The position numbers and the translations under genes were made by a program. Under the pieces are notes generated by a model. That model saw only the letters and a list, made by a program, of their open reading frames with translations. It was not told where the DNA came from and did no database searches. Shown here piece after piece: positions 42,821 through 56,648 of a stretch of DNA of 64,000 bases. Each line of letters starts with the position of its first letter. Position 1 is the first letter of the stretch. This stretch comes from Octopus vulgaris (Eukaryota), in the NCBI GenBank assembly GCA_951406725.2, contig OX597826.1:80352001-80416000 (forward strand). The letters are read 5' to 3'.

Positions 42821-42823
<3 letters not shown>
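42429..42823 (+). mobile_element. SINE family A, full length
   Basis: A box tggctgtgtgg, B box ggttcagtccc, complete tail. Confidence 0.9.
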
Positions 42824-42890
<67 letters not shown>

Positions 42891-43108
42891 TGACTGATTG
42901 ATTTATCGATTGATTGATTGATTGATGGGTTGATTGGTTGAGAGTGTGAGGGCGATAGCCAAGATATAGATTAATACATCGCTGCTAATGGTTTCATGTT
43001 CTAAAAACCCATACAATCGTCGGACGCTATAAGACTAAAGTCACTTCACCGAGGTTTACCCATACAAAAACGAAATTGCCAGACGTGCGCATCTCTAATA
43101 GCTATACA

Positions 43109-43224
<116 letters not shown>

Positions 43225-43339
43225 GATATATATAGGTATACATCAAGTAGTATATTGGATATTTATTATCCCTTAGATGGTTGTCTAACCTCTAACTCAT
43301 ATATACGTAATTATATATATATATATATATGTATGAACG

Positions 43340-43500
43340 TATGGAAGTGGGGTAAGAAGTTTGCTTCCCAACCACATACATAGTTCCGGATTCAGTCCCA
43401 CAGCGTGGAACCTTGGAGTAAGTGTCTTCTACTATAGCTTCGGGTAAACAAAGCCCTGTGAGTGAATTTGGCAAAGAGAAACTGAAAGAAGCCTGTCATC
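43340..43500 (+). mobile_element. SINE family A, 5' half
   Basis: ggtaagaagtttgcttcccaaccac...ttccggattcagtcccacagcgtggaaccttgg. Confidence 0.8.
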
Positions 43501-45602
43501 TATACTGTTTGTCCACTCTGTCGCTGCTTGTTCATTCGAAGCCTTAACTCTCCACAAATTTTATATTTTTAAAATTTCTGGATGCTGCTGCCTTATGAAG
43601 TTTTCCTATCTTGGCGTTAAAAGCACGAAATAGGGAGTGGTAAAGCAGTCGACAACTGACGAGCGAGCTATCTTCTTTTCTTATTTTGTCCTGTACTTAT
43701 TTTGATTGGATTAACGGTTACATTGTCACGAGGAGGTACTTGTTGACGCAAGGAATCTGACTGAATCTTTTATGCGTCATCTTGTACTTCCTTGCGACAA
43801 GGTAACCTTTAAACTAATCATGATATCCTTGGCCTGAAGAGAAGCTGGCGGTATACACGTCACTTGGATTTTACCATTTCTGACGTTCCGCTCGCTATGA
43901 GACATAAGTTATGGTCAGCTGAACAGAAATGCGAGAAGGGATGCAATTAGTTGGCGATATCTGAAGTTTGGTGAAGGCGTTCATTAAATGTGTCAGCAAA
44001 TCTCCGGTTAGTTCATCCATTGTAAATCGATCTACATAGTAATTTATACTGTAAATGTCAACTGTGGAAACGGGAGTAGATGCAGGGATAGAATCCGGGT
44101 TGGGTGCGTGTGGAGCGGGAAATAGTTCGAGGTGGGAAACTGGGGAGAGATTGGCAGGAGTCACATACTCATAGTCATCACAAAGGAATAAACGCAGCCA
44201 CATTCAAGCTAGAATACACATTCACACATAAGAGAAGGGAAACACAAAATACAAACACACACACACACATTTACTATCATAAAACCATCACAATTCCGCA
44301 GCACATACACACACATCTGCCTTTGGCAAATAAACATACACCAAGCACTCATCGACACTGGTCACACACTTAAAAGCTGATAGCACACACACACACATAC
44401 TCACACGTGCACACACACACACGCATACACACACACAGTAACACAGTTATGCTCACACCCACTCACAACAACCACATAACTACACACCAAACATACACAC
44501 ATGTACGTCATTGTCTCATTTCGATAAATGCTAAAACACCCCCCCACACACACACACTGCAACACACAAACATACATGCCAATAATGAGATAAACATACA
44601 TTATTCATATGAAATAAATACACATGCAAAATACACACACTTCTGAAAGTTCACGGAAACACATTTCTACAGCAAACAGCTGGCGCATATACGTCCACAG
44701 CCTTCTCGTAAAGGAAAACCACATTTTCCTTTCTCACTTCCGCTTGATTTCCAATCGAAGCTATCTCCTCACATACGTGGACTGAAAGTGTCTATGTGTA
44801 TTCCCTATCCTACTGTCTTTCTTTCTTCTTCTTTCAGTTTTTCTTTACGATGTCGGGAAATAAGTCCGAAGTGTCAAACATTTGTTCGTCCCATTCAGCG
44901 TCAAACAAATACAGCTTCTCTATCGCATTACTTCTTTTCCGTGTCGTTATACACGTGAATATATATCGGTCTCCGCACTGACGTGGACAGATCCGCTCGG
45001 GTATTATGTATGCGGAACGATTACCTCCAGGATTATCGTTTCGGATCATAATCGATCAAGGTCAACACACATACTCCCTCTCCGATACCTAACCATGCAC
45101 ATGCGCGCGCGCACACACACTCACGCACACACACTCACGCACACACACACACACACAGGCATCCATCCATCCATCCGTACATGCATACATGCATACAGGT
45201 ATGTACACATACATACATTAATACATGCATATATGCATACATGCATGTATACATACAAATATACATACATTGATTCCTACATACATACGTACATACATAC
45301 ATAAATACATAAATACATACATACATACATACAAACATACATACATACATACATAAATACACACATACATACATACATACATACATACATACATACATAC
45401 ATACATACATTCGCTTGATAAACGTTGAATATCGCTTGAACAAATAGGCTTTATATGCCTTAACCGCGGGATTTATTGATACAGCGAAGCGGGATGTATG
45501 CTTACCAAACATGCATCTGAAATTATTACCAATTTCTTCATAAACATACCTTTACAGCACTTCACTTCTTTTACTACTAATAATAACATTAAATACCTGC
45601 GT

Positions 45603-45985
45603 AAGGCGGCAAGTTGTCAAAATGATTAGCACGTCAGGCAAAATGTTAAGCGGCATTTCGTACGTCCTTACGTTCTGATTTCAAATTCAGCCCAGGTCGA
45701 CTTTGCTATTCAGCTTACGGGGGTCGATAAAATAAGTACCAGTTGAACACTGGTATTCATGTAATCAACTTCCACCCTCCCCCAAAATTGCTGGCCTTGT
45801 GCCAGAATTTCAATTCAGTATTACATACAGGCGCAGGAGTGGCTGTGTGGTAAGTAGCATGCTTACCAACCATATGGTTCCGGGTTCAGTCCCACTGCAT
45901 GGCACCTTGGGCAAGTGTCTTCTACTATAGCCTCGGGCCGACCAAAGCCTCGTGAGTGGATTTGGTAGACGGAAACTGAAAGAAG

Positions 45986-45990
<5 letters not shown>
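45603..45990 (+). mobile_element. SINE family B copy followed by SINE family A 5' half
   Basis: B unit 45603-45815 (aaggcggcaagttg...ggggtcgataaaataagtacc); A head 45829-45990. Confidence 0.85.
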
Positions 45991-46074
<84 letters not shown>

Positions 46075-46342
46075 TGTATGTATGTATGTATGTGTAAATG
46101 TTTGTAGATCCTTCATCTGCCTTCGTCATTTACTTTCGTAAATTTGAACTATATATATATACATACATACGTACATATATATTTTCACACCTACACATAC
46201 ATACACGCACACATCCAGACCACCAGCCCTCTTTCACACGCACATACATACTCTCTTATACACACACGCTCCTTCGTGTTGGGGGTCATCTTTACTTATC
46301 TCCCCTACTTTCCCACTCGTGTGTGACCCTTCTGTCCGAGTC

Positions 46343-46520
46343 AGTCGCCATGTTAGATCGTTAGCCATTACACACATTTTTTTCTCTCCTTGTTTTTTCT
46401 GTGTCCCTTTCTGTAGAAGAGCGTAGACTCGAAACGTAAAAGACGTTTTCTATTCCTGAGCGTTATACTAATACATCTGTTTGTTTTGTACACCACCTGT
46501 CTTCGTCTATTGTTTTTTTA
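46343..46520 (+). mobile_element. Family H1 short element (third copy)
   Basis: cttt ctgtagaa gagcgtagactc gaaacgta aaag at 46407-46442; ends in (TA)n. Confidence 0.7.
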
Positions 46521-46530
46521 TATATATATT

Positions 46531-46606
<76 letters not shown>

Positions 46607-46650
46607 TACATACATACATACATACATACATACATACATACATACATACA

Positions 46651-46681
<31 letters not shown>

Positions 46682-47041
46682 TGTAATGTTATCAGTTCCA
46701 ATATGACCAAGGCACGTTCGAACCAGTGAACAAGCTACTCACAGCGTTTTGTCAGGGAAAATATCCCACCACCATCACCATTTGTTGACAAATGATGTGT
46801 GTACACCTAGATCAGCTCGCAGCGCCACCTACTCAGACTATGAGATATTAACATTTCGGAGTAGTTATCTCCTCTTCGGTCACGGACACCAGGCAGTCGG
46901 CGCTACGAGCTGATTGAAGCGATTGACTCTCTTATGCTTTTTCTGTCACAATACGGTGAACGGTAGAGCTGCACGGCGGCTCACCGTAAGTAAATTACAG
47001 AGGAGGAGCGCTAAGCAGTGATAACCACCATACTTTGTGTC

Positions 47042-47128
<87 letters not shown>

Positions 47129-47954
47129 CTTCTCTTAGTCGAATCAATTACCTTCCCCTTACTCTTTTTGCTACCTATCCTTTTAAACCCAAAAAACGCC
47201 ACCTCTTTATGTCTTTCTCTTCGTCTTTCATATTCCATCTCGCCTCGCAACCTCCCGTATAACTCCAGTTTACTTCTGTCACCTTTACATACATATCTTA
47301 TATATTCGAGCTGGATATGTTTGGTTTAAATGCTAAAGAGTTAAAGAGATAAGTGGTTGTCAACCTTTTGGAACTTTTGTAGAAACGAATGAGACTTTGG
47401 GAAAGTGAATTTAATGAAAATTAAAATTGGAAACTGAGAAATTACAGAGAAGTTATAGAAGTAGAATAGGAAACTTGAAGGGATAAAGAAGGCTTACGGA
47501 TGGAGATGATCGGTGTTGTGGTGAGTCGAGAAACGCAGAGAGATCAGACGATGATTTCTCGAGAAAGATACGGATTTATAACAACTATAGTAAATACGGC
47601 CTTATATTGTAGCATTACGAATAAAAATATTACGGATAGAATATAAAAGAGAATATTACAGAAAATGAAATGGAAACATTGTGAAAAAAAAGTAGGAGAC
47701 TTGAATGACAAGCAGAAAAACAGATGAGAATCAGCTTTGCGCGACTTTAAACAGAGGAAAAATTTGGAAGTAAGATGAATGAGGCATTACAAAGGAATGG
47801 CAGATCGTGACAATAAAGTGTGGAGATTGTGAGAGATGAGACGAAATAAATAATCAAAGTAATGACAGGGAATATTAATAGAAAATATATAACAGAGAAG
47901 ATTTATAAAATGGAAAATGTGTAATATGGAAATATATACGATATGGAAAATATA

Positions 47955-48278
47955 GGCGTTCCTTCATTTTAACTTGACAAAACCATAACAAGACCTCGGT
48001 TGTTTCCGTGACAATTCGACAATTCACTTCGGGTATCTTCGTGACCTCCGAAAATTTGCGGATTTTACATACCCATATGAAGCAGGTAAGAACAAGTATG
48101 CAAGACTTTTCGTTAGCATAATTTCGTTATATCTATATTCCACAACTCATGAATACATAAAAACTGAACACGCACACTGTCACAGAAGTCACGAAGATAT
48201 CCGAAGTGAATTGTCGAGTTGACACGGAAACAACCGACAGCTCGTTATAGTTTTGTCGAGTTAAAACGAAGGAACGCC
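47955..48278. mobile_element. MITE with ~95-bp TIRs and 8-bp TSD (Merlin-like termini)
   Basis: TIRs begin GGCGTTCCTTC; AAAATATA occurs at 47947-47954 and 48279-48286. Confidence 0.85.
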
Positions 48279-48589
48279 AAAATATATAGTATAGAAAATA
48301 TGGGAAATAGGAAAAGTAAAATGTTTAGAGACAAAGAAAGAAAAAAATTTCCAACAAATAGTCAACAACAGAAATATGAAGAAAATAAACGGCGGATGTT
48401 GATGGGTCGAGTCAGTATTAATAAAGTCTTCGATACAACAAACCGAAACAAAACAGGGTTCAAATTGTTTTAGGGTCAGTCTTCGTTTTCGCCCTTTTGT
48501 GTTGATAATTTATCTGCAAGAAGGTGTCGGTTTAATGTTTTAAATTATTTGGTTTCATTCCGAAATGTCAAGGATACTTCCACACAGCA

Positions 48590-48945
48590 CAAAACCAGGA
48601 TGTTCCCTAACCACAAAAACTCAAATCAATCCTTTTGGCCCCTTGGCAAAAGGACCTCCACCAAATTTGTAGATACCTATTGTCCTCTACATGTTCCCCA
48701 TGATGGGTCTGCATGTGATGTTCACATGGGCGAGAAACAAGCCTCGGTATTTGCTTGCCGCCTTGAATTCAGTTCTAGCCTATTCAAAATATTGTAAATC
48801 GTCTCAAGATTATCCGTTTCCATTCCGATAGAACCTACCATCACGTTTCCATACACACGATGTGTGAAAGCGCTCCCAGTTGCTTCAGATTAGCAAGGCC
48901 CTTCTGATATCCCCCAACAATGCATCCTAAACCTAACTCCTCCTC

Positions 48946-49020
<75 letters not shown>

Positions 49021-50050
49021 AGTTTTGTATTTGGAAACGCGCCATTTCACAAGCATATTAACCAACGGACACTGCTGACTGTCGTCTAATGGTTTTCACT
49101 TCCACCATATTCGAAGACGCTGAAGACCCTCATTAACAACCATCGCATTAACAACCTCATTAACAACCTCATTAACAACCATCGCAGACACTTTGAATGC
49201 ATCTCATTAATAAGCACCAGTACCGTTTTCCTGAAGCCAGATCTACATCAGACAGAGTCTAATATGCAAATCAGCAGTGGACATTCACTGTCGAGAAATT
49301 TTGTGAAAGCAATGCTGTTGCATTTCATATAAGCAAAGTATTCAACCGTGTCTGGCAGGCGAACGTTCACACAAAATTGTCCGTTTGTATCCTTCGTTTG
49401 TCTCTCGTGTCTTTGACAGATGATTTCCTTTAAGATCGCGACGGGGGCTAATGAATGTTTCTTTGAATCACATTCTAGCAACTCAAATATCTAACAACTT
49501 TAATGTTCAGCAAGGTTTCGTTTTTCGTTTCGTTCCGTTTCGTTTTCAACATGCTCCTTCCTTTTTCATCTATAACTTACTTGTCGTCTACTTCAATACC
49601 GCCCACCCTTGAACACGTGATAGAGCCTCATTAAACGTACAACCTCGTGGATTCATCCCGGATCCAAGCAACGGCATCATGAGACAGATGAACTTCCAAG
49701 TGGTTCTGTTCAGTCGTACAATGAGAAGAGTTGAGAGTTGAACAGACCATCACGGGATACTAACAAAGGCAAGATTGCAAAGGTCACTCCCTGGTCACTA
49801 GCAAAGGTCACTTCCAAACTCACTGCACAACCATGAAGTGATTTAATTTCGGAAAGTTTCGCAGGCCCGATATGTGCAAACTTTTTCGCGAATTTTTAGT
49901 CATCGAATTTAAGCTTTAGGGGTACTCGTCATCTTGGGACATTGGATGAACGACAAATGGTCCTATTTAAGTTCTGCTCCATTTAATACTGCTGGGAATG
50001 TCTCTATTAAAGTCGCTAAAACATCAACCCAAGTTTGATGAGCACTCAAA
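48590..50050 (+). pseudogene. Decayed non-LTR (CR1/Jockey-type) LINE with RT fragment
   Basis: ~49270-49440 reads QQWTFTVEKFCESNAVAFHISKVFNRVWQANVHTKL...DDFL*DR (cf. VALDISKAFDRVWH..LL.KL...SFL.DR). Outer boundaries are uncertain. Confidence 0.65.
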
Positions 50051-50155
50051 TACAGTCAACCGATTCATACGACATAAACATATACACAAACATACATCAA
50101 AATTAATTCTGTACTCGTATTCTTAAGAGATATAAGCAGGCATTATATATACGTA

Positions 50156-50275
50156 CAGTAATCCCTCGACTACCGCGGGTGTTACGTTCCAAAAGCCATT
50201 GCGATAAGTGAAAATCCGCGAAGTAGAAACAGTACTGTATTTTATTATTATTATTTTTATAATTTGTATTTATTC
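50156..50275 (+). mobile_element. Tigger/pogo-like DNA transposon end
   Basis: TA followed by CAGTAATCCCTCGACTACCGCGG...gcgataagtgaaaatccgcga, typical of Tigger termini. Confidence 0.6.
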
Positions 50276-50325
50276 GGCAAATTTTTAGGCATCGAACTTA
50301 AGCTTTCAGGGACACACCTCATATG

Positions 50326-50485
50326 AGCGCAGGAATGGCTGTGTGGTAAGTAGCTTGCTTCCTAACAACATAGTTCCGGGTTCAGTGCCACTGCGTGGCA
50401 CCTTGAGCAAGTGTCTTCCACTGTAGCCTCGGGCCGACCAAAGCCTTGTGAGTGGATTAGGTAGACGAAAACGGAAAGAGGCCCG

Positions 50486-50538
<53 letters not shown>

Positions 50539-50730
50539 TCCCCCCACCATCGTTTGACAACTGATGCTGGTGTGTTTACGTCCTCGTATCTTAGCGGTTC
50601 GGCAAAAGAGACTGATAAAATAAGTACTAAGCTTACAAAGAATGAGTCCTGGGGTTGATTTGTTCGACTAAAGGCGGTGCTCCAGCATGGCCGCAGTCAA
50701 ATGACTGAAAAAAATAGAAAAAATAAAAGA
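50326..50730 (+). mobile_element. SINE family A, full length
   Basis: Complete head, (TG)n middle and tail. Confidence 0.9.
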
Positions 50731-50734
50731 ATTT

Positions 50735-50790
<56 letters not shown>

Positions 50791-50794
50791 TAAT

Positions 50795-50996
50795 AATTCT
50801 TTCTACTAAAGGCACATGACTTTAAATTTTGGGGGAGGAGACTAGTCGATCGATTACATTGACCCAAGTGTTTCGCGGGTGCTTAATTTATCGACCCCGA
50901 AAGGATAAATGGTAAAGTCGATCTTGGCGGTATTTGAACTGAGAACGTAAACACCGACGAAATGCCGCTAAGCATTGTTGCCTGACGTGCTAACGA
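50795..50996 (-). mobile_element. SINE family B
   Basis: aatttatcgaccccgaaaggata...tttgaactgagaacgtaa; its tail abuts (TAA)n. Confidence 0.85.
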
Positions 50997-51424
50997 CAAT
51001 AGTTATGAATCGCATATCAATACACAAACACAAACATACACACATACGATGAAGAGTTATCGGTCTTGGGGTATTTATAAGACCATACAACATATTTTGC
51101 CCGTCAATATATTTGATTTTAAGATAATATCAAAGAGAATTTGATTAATGGCTGTAGCTGTGTCTGTGTGTTCTTTGCTGAGATGAAATATTTCATAGAC
51201 GAAAGAAATTCAACAAAACAGTTACCTTTTATAAGCAGCTAATCACATGTCTGTATTTTATTTTATTTTTCTTCTTCGTCTCACTCGTTGATTATTTCTG
51301 TTGTTAGTTGTTTTTTTTAAATTCTACTTCTTTTATTTTTATCTATTTTTTTTTTTCTAGTCTGACAGAAGATGTTAATTGTTGTTCGCTGAAATTTTTA
51401 CACATTGGCATTATTCAACACACG

Positions 51425-52750
51425 CAGTGGTGTATCTACCATAAAACTAATGAAGCTTAAGATTCAGGGCCCCTTATCCTGGAGGGGCCCGTCTGAAGCA
51501 TTTTTTTTTTCATTCTGTCAATTTGTTTGTTTTTGTATTTTACATGCAGATTGCTGTTGCCAGTCCCGGCGGGTGTCATGCCATACTCCGAGGCAGAGTC
51601 TAGCCACGAGTTGTTCACCTGATGCTTCTGCCGGTGTGGAGTAGCATCAAAAATAAAAGTACAAACGACTCGCAGATAATTCGCTTTACTTGAATTATTT
51701 TGGAAACTTCGGCCCTGCCCCTCCCACTGTCAAATATGTCTACTACTACTACATCAGTCTGGTAGAGATAAGAATTCTTATTTTCACACCATTATTCAAT
51801 GACCAATGATAGGGTCTGCCTCCTAATTTTGGACTTACAATCTGTTCAGTAACAGCATTTTTTCTACTTTAAAAATTGTTTGAATATCACCTTGTACAAA
51901 ATGAACAAATCTTCATTTATGTCTATATATTAAGTTGTGCATCCTTATCTTCATCGATCCCTGTCTCGCTGTGGCTAATGAAAATATTACCCCATTTTTT
52001 TTTTTTTTTTTTTCGTAAAGGTCTTAGGCCCCAAAGAGGAATAGCAATGTCTTCAATGAAGTACTTAAGCGGATACCAGAAATGCCAACTCGAGGAAAAG
52101 CAATCTGGCGAAATTTCTAAATGTCAAAAACTATCAAACTATTTTACAATGTCAAGTAAAAGTATGTGATCACCTGCAACTGAAACAAGCCGCGCAAGCA
52201 CCAGTGAAGTCAATGATGATGCACAAGCCATGAATGCTCTGTTTAGCAATAATCAACCCAACCTACTGTTAACACTTATGATGCAGATGATGATCGCGGT
52301 GGTCAAGAAATTCGAGAAAAGAGAGGGCAGAAACAGGAAGCAGGAAGCAAATTTAGGGATTTCAAAGAATACAGTGACCCGTCACACTGAACGTAATATA
52401 ATGATTTCATACAAAACTGTTTAATGCAAGACATCAGTTTTTTTCGTTTGACAGGTATACAGACTATGTACCATGTGCAAGCCATTCACTCAACCTTGTT
52501 TGGTAAAAGGCAGTGTCTACTGTACCTGAAGTTGTTGACTATTTTGGCATCTTGCAGCAGCTATATGTTTTATTTTCTAAATCTCCTCGAAGATGTGGGA
52601 TTCTGAACATACAGGGCAATCGAGCCTTTTCTCTAAAGAGCTTAAGTGTAACTAGATGGTCTGTTCACTATGAAGCAGTCAGAGATTTTAAAAATGGATA
52701 TAGGGATATTTTACAAACTCTCAAACATATGTTTGAAGACTCAGAATAGA
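51425..52750 (+). pseudogene. Internally deleted hAT (Tip100/Zaphod-like) transposon
   Basis: CAGTGGTGTA...cagggcccc terminus; N-terminal MKYLSGYQK...KLSNYF; DYVPCASHSLNLV (CxxH motif) then VPEVVDYFGILQQLYVLFSKSPRR...LKSLSVTRWS; stops and frameshifts present. Confidence 0.85.
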
Positions 52751-52962
52751 AGCCGTATTATCAAGCGATGTTGGGGGGACAAACACAGACACATACATAT
52801 ATACGACGGGCTTCTTTCAGTTTCCGTCTACCAAATCCACTCACAAGGCTTTGGTCGGCCCGAGGCTATAGTAGAAGGCACTTGTCCAAGGTGCCACGCA
52901 GTGGGAATGAACCCGGAACCATGTGGTTGGTAAGCAAGCTGTTTACCACACAGCCACTCCTA
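52750..52962 (-). mobile_element. SINE family A, 5' two-thirds
   Basis: gacgggcttctttcagtttccgtctacc...cacacagccactcct. Confidence 0.9.
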
Positions 52963-53506
52963 CACCTATTATTGTTTTATTGTTACTATGGAAATAATTA
53001 AACGTCGTAATGGTTTGGTTGTCTTAAACATCAACTTTACATCAGCAATAACAACAACAATCATATCACCGACCTTTTTTTTTCCATATATTTTTTTAGA
53101 ATGATTAAACCGAGAAGGAAATTTGCGAAATAGTTAAATCGCTGAGAGAATGGAAACAAATAACAGGATATCAATTGATATTGATTTCACATGTGTTCGA
53201 TAATCTAACGTTCGATAATGTAATGTTTAGTTGTTCTATGAAGATATTCATCTCAGTGTCTTCAGACATGGCGATTCGCAGGGACGTAGGAAACATGTTG
53301 GAATGTTTTATCATGGGGAGAAAGCATGGCGGGAACAAAGGGTTTGGAATAAACAAGCCTTTGGTAGGACTGACCACTCTATGGGGCCGAAAGAATAATA
53401 ATCATAATTTTGAAACAAAATTCTTGGTAGAAACAGAATCTTTGAAATTGTACCTAAATGATCATCAGAACGTCAAGAAAACGATGAGGTGTGTATGTTT
53501 GTGTGT

Positions 53507-53621
<115 letters not shown>

Positions 53622-53945
53622 AACACACACACACACACACACACACACAATGCATATACAAACGCATAAGTGTGTCTGTCTGACTCGATTCCATCTGTCC
53701 ACGGCAAATCGAAATTCTCCGATTGAATAATTCCAAAAACGACACTCACCAGACACGTGGCGAAGAATTTTCGAAAAGTTCTTTATTCTTGTATATTTTT
53801 TTTTTTTTGCAGAAATAGAAAAGCAGAAAAGCTTGGTGTTTTGTATCGACACATTCTGATTTCAAATCCCGCCAAAAATCTACCTCCGTTTCTCATCTTT
53901 CCAGAGTTGACAAAGTACCAAACGAGTACTGGAATCAATATAACG

Positions 53946-53985
<40 letters not shown>

Positions 53986-54014
53986 AACAGTGTCATAATG
54001 GAGGAAAAACAACA

Positions 54015-54345
54015 CGATGCCGGATAAGACAACAGTGGTGAATTAGATGAGAGTACCGGATTAGATGACAATGCCGGATTAGATAACAGTGACGCAGTAG
54101 ATGACATTCACATTAGTAGATGAGTGCCGGATTAGAAGGCAATAGCGGATTAGATGACAATACCGGATTATATCTCAGAACCGGATTAGGTAGCAGTGTT
54201 GGATTAGATTACAATGCCGGATTTGATGACAATGTCAGATTAGGTGACCGTGCCGGATTAGACTACAGTGCTGGATTATATGACTACCGGATTAGATGAT
54301 TGTTCTGGATTAGATGACAGTACCGGATTAGATGTCAGTACCGGT
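54015..54345. repeat. 18-bp minisatellite, ~18 degenerate copies
   Basis: Consensus CCGGATTAGATGACA(G/A)T(A/G). Confidence 0.9.
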
Positions 54346-54762
54346 TACGACGTCGAGGGTCCCAGCTGAACCGATCAACGGAACAGCCTGCTCGTGAAAT
54401 TAACGTGCAAGTGGCTGAGCACTCCACAGACACGTGTACCCCTAACGTAGTTCTCGGGGAGATTCTGCGTGACACAGAGAGTGACAAGGCTGGCCTCTTT
54501 GAAATACAGGTGCAACTCATTTTTGCCAGCTGAGTGGACTGGAGCAACTTGAAATAAAATGTCTTGCGAAGTTGCACAGGTGTATCCAGCCTTGGAAAAT
54601 ATCTTGCAGCAGAATGGCACAGAGTTGCCAATAACTTTATAGAAACATCCAAATACTCGTTATGAGGTTATTGCCGAGACTCGTGGCACTCCATCGGTTA
54701 CGACGACAAGGGTTACGACCGCGAGTCCGCTGCCCTAACCACTTGGTCATTGCGCCTCCACT
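54335..54762 (-). mobile_element. SINE family C with internal rearrangement
   Basis: Homologous to 13165-13428; the tail motif ggttacgacg is duplicated at ~54342 and ~54696. Confidence 0.75.
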
Positions 54763-54834
54763 TTACCCAGACTATACAATATATATACATATATACACAT
54801 ATATACTTTTTATTGAGCTGGAAAATTATCACAG

Positions 54835-54876
54835 AACTGTTACTCAGAGTTTCACTTTCCTGTTCGTCGGACAGTT
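54835..54876 (-). ncRNA. Type I minimal hammerhead ribozyme motif (family H2, PLE-associated)
   Basis: AACUGU-CCGACGA-AC(AGGAAA)GU-GAAAC-UCUGA-GUA-ACAGUU: 6-bp stem I, short stems II and III, GUA cleavage triplet, one core change (U4 to C). Confidence 0.6.
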
Positions 54877-55539
54877 ATGATAAATATTTATTTTTTAATT
54901 TTTAAGTATTTATTACAATTGTCCGCCGAACAAGCTGCACTATGGGTCTGAACTCAAAACTACGTGGTCGCAAATCGAGTTTCTTAACCACACGGCCTTT
55001 CGGCTGCACCTGTCTTGATTAAAATGCTACAGGCAGAATTGCTGTGCTGGCTTCAGGTGTCTGTGCTACTGATACAGTTAATATTGCCAGTTTTATTAAT
55101 ATTACAGCCGCAAGGAAGTAAAAAAAGAGAAAAACCTTCACAGAAACTAATTTTAGAGTAACTAACAAGGCGTTCTCTACAGGTTTTTCACCAGCTGTTA
55201 TTAATTATTACTGCCTTTTCGGATCAAAGGTGTCCGATCTTGCAATCATTTACTGCAGTAACAGCAAAATTTTTTATCGCCTACCAACAATGCTAAAAAC
55301 TTTCGCTAGTCGTTATACTAAAGGCTGGAGAACTTTTTTTTTAGCTCAAAGGTTGAAGTGAAAGAGCTGAGAAAAACAATGAATCTTTAATTTAACAAAT
55401 TCATTGATATATAATACATATTAAGTTACTGTTCTTTTGGTGGCGTTTAGGAAGCACTTTCTCCCCACCCCAAAAAAATCTCGAAAAGTTTCTCCCCTGG
55501 TCCTCCTATATGCCAAGTTAAGCCTCCGTAATCTTTTAG

Positions 55540-55777
55540 CATTTACTTGTTTCAGACATTAGACTGTGGCCGTGCTGGAGCACTGCCTTGAAATTTCTTG
55601 TCGAATGAATCGACCTCAGTAATTTTTCCTGTTAAGCTTGATGCCTATTCTATCGTCGCTTTTGTCGAACCGCTAAGTAATGGGTACGTAAACACACCAA
55701 CGCTGGTTGCCAAGTGGTGGTAGGGTACAAACACAGATATAAAGACATACATACATAGACAGACACACACATACATG

Positions 55778-55814
<37 letters not shown>

Positions 55815-55965
55815 GACGGGCTTCTTTCTGTTTCCGTCTACCAAATCCACTCAGAAGGCTTTGATCGATCAGAGGCTATTGTAGGAGACACTTGCCCAAG
55901 AAGCCAGGCAGTGGGACTGAACCCGGAACCATGTGGTTAAGAAGCAAACGTCTTACTACATGACC
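55540..55965 (-). mobile_element. SINE family A, near full length
   Basis: Tail, (CA)n middle and head gtgggactgaacccggaaccatgtgg on the minus strand. Confidence 0.85.
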
Positions 55966-56279
55966 ACGATAAAAGCTCTTTTTTTTTCTTGGATAGACGT
56001 TGCTGAAGGTGGGGTGCTTCTAATACGTCCATGCGTCTTTTACGCCATCAAACAGTGTTTTGATGTTAATGTTGAAACAGTTCTGTTTGCTTTTGTTTAC
56101 GCTTTTTTTTTCTTCATGTGGCTATTTAACGATTTGTCAGTGAATTTCTTGAAATCTCAATGCAAGCAAAATTTCGTCAATGGGTCAAGGGTTGTCCCCC
56201 TCTGCTTTATACGACCTGCTAGAAATAGTACCAAGTTCTCCCACAGATCATTCCCAGATCATTCCACAGATCTCCCACA

Positions 56280-56455
56280 GATCATCGCTTGAAAACCGAT
56301 GTTCCCCGTCCATTATCGGTTCGGCAAAAAGAAACCGACAGAATAATTATTAGGCTTACAAAGAATAAGTCCTAGGATCAATTTGTTCGACTGAAGATGG
56401 TGCTCCAGCATGGCTGCAGTGAAAGGACTAAAACAGGTAAAAGAATAAAAGAAAA
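56280..56455 (+). mobile_element. SINE family A, 3' half
   Basis: cggttcggcaaaaaga...ggtgctccagcatggctgcag. Confidence 0.8.
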
Positions 56456-56473
56456 ACAGTATATATATAAAAC

Positions 56474-56648
<175 letters not shown>

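Noticed and set aside
43500-45080. Short ORFs in non-repetitive sequence (43895-44203 -, 44834-45049 -)
   Set aside because: No family similarity recognised; cannot be distinguished from random open frames.
47330-48400. Purine-rich stretch resembling a decayed LINE coding region
   Set aside because: No diagnostic motif could be read; too degraded to call.
54015-54345. CRISPR-like or repetitive coding array
   Set aside because: Units are contiguous without unique spacers, the context is eukaryotic, and the frame is broken.
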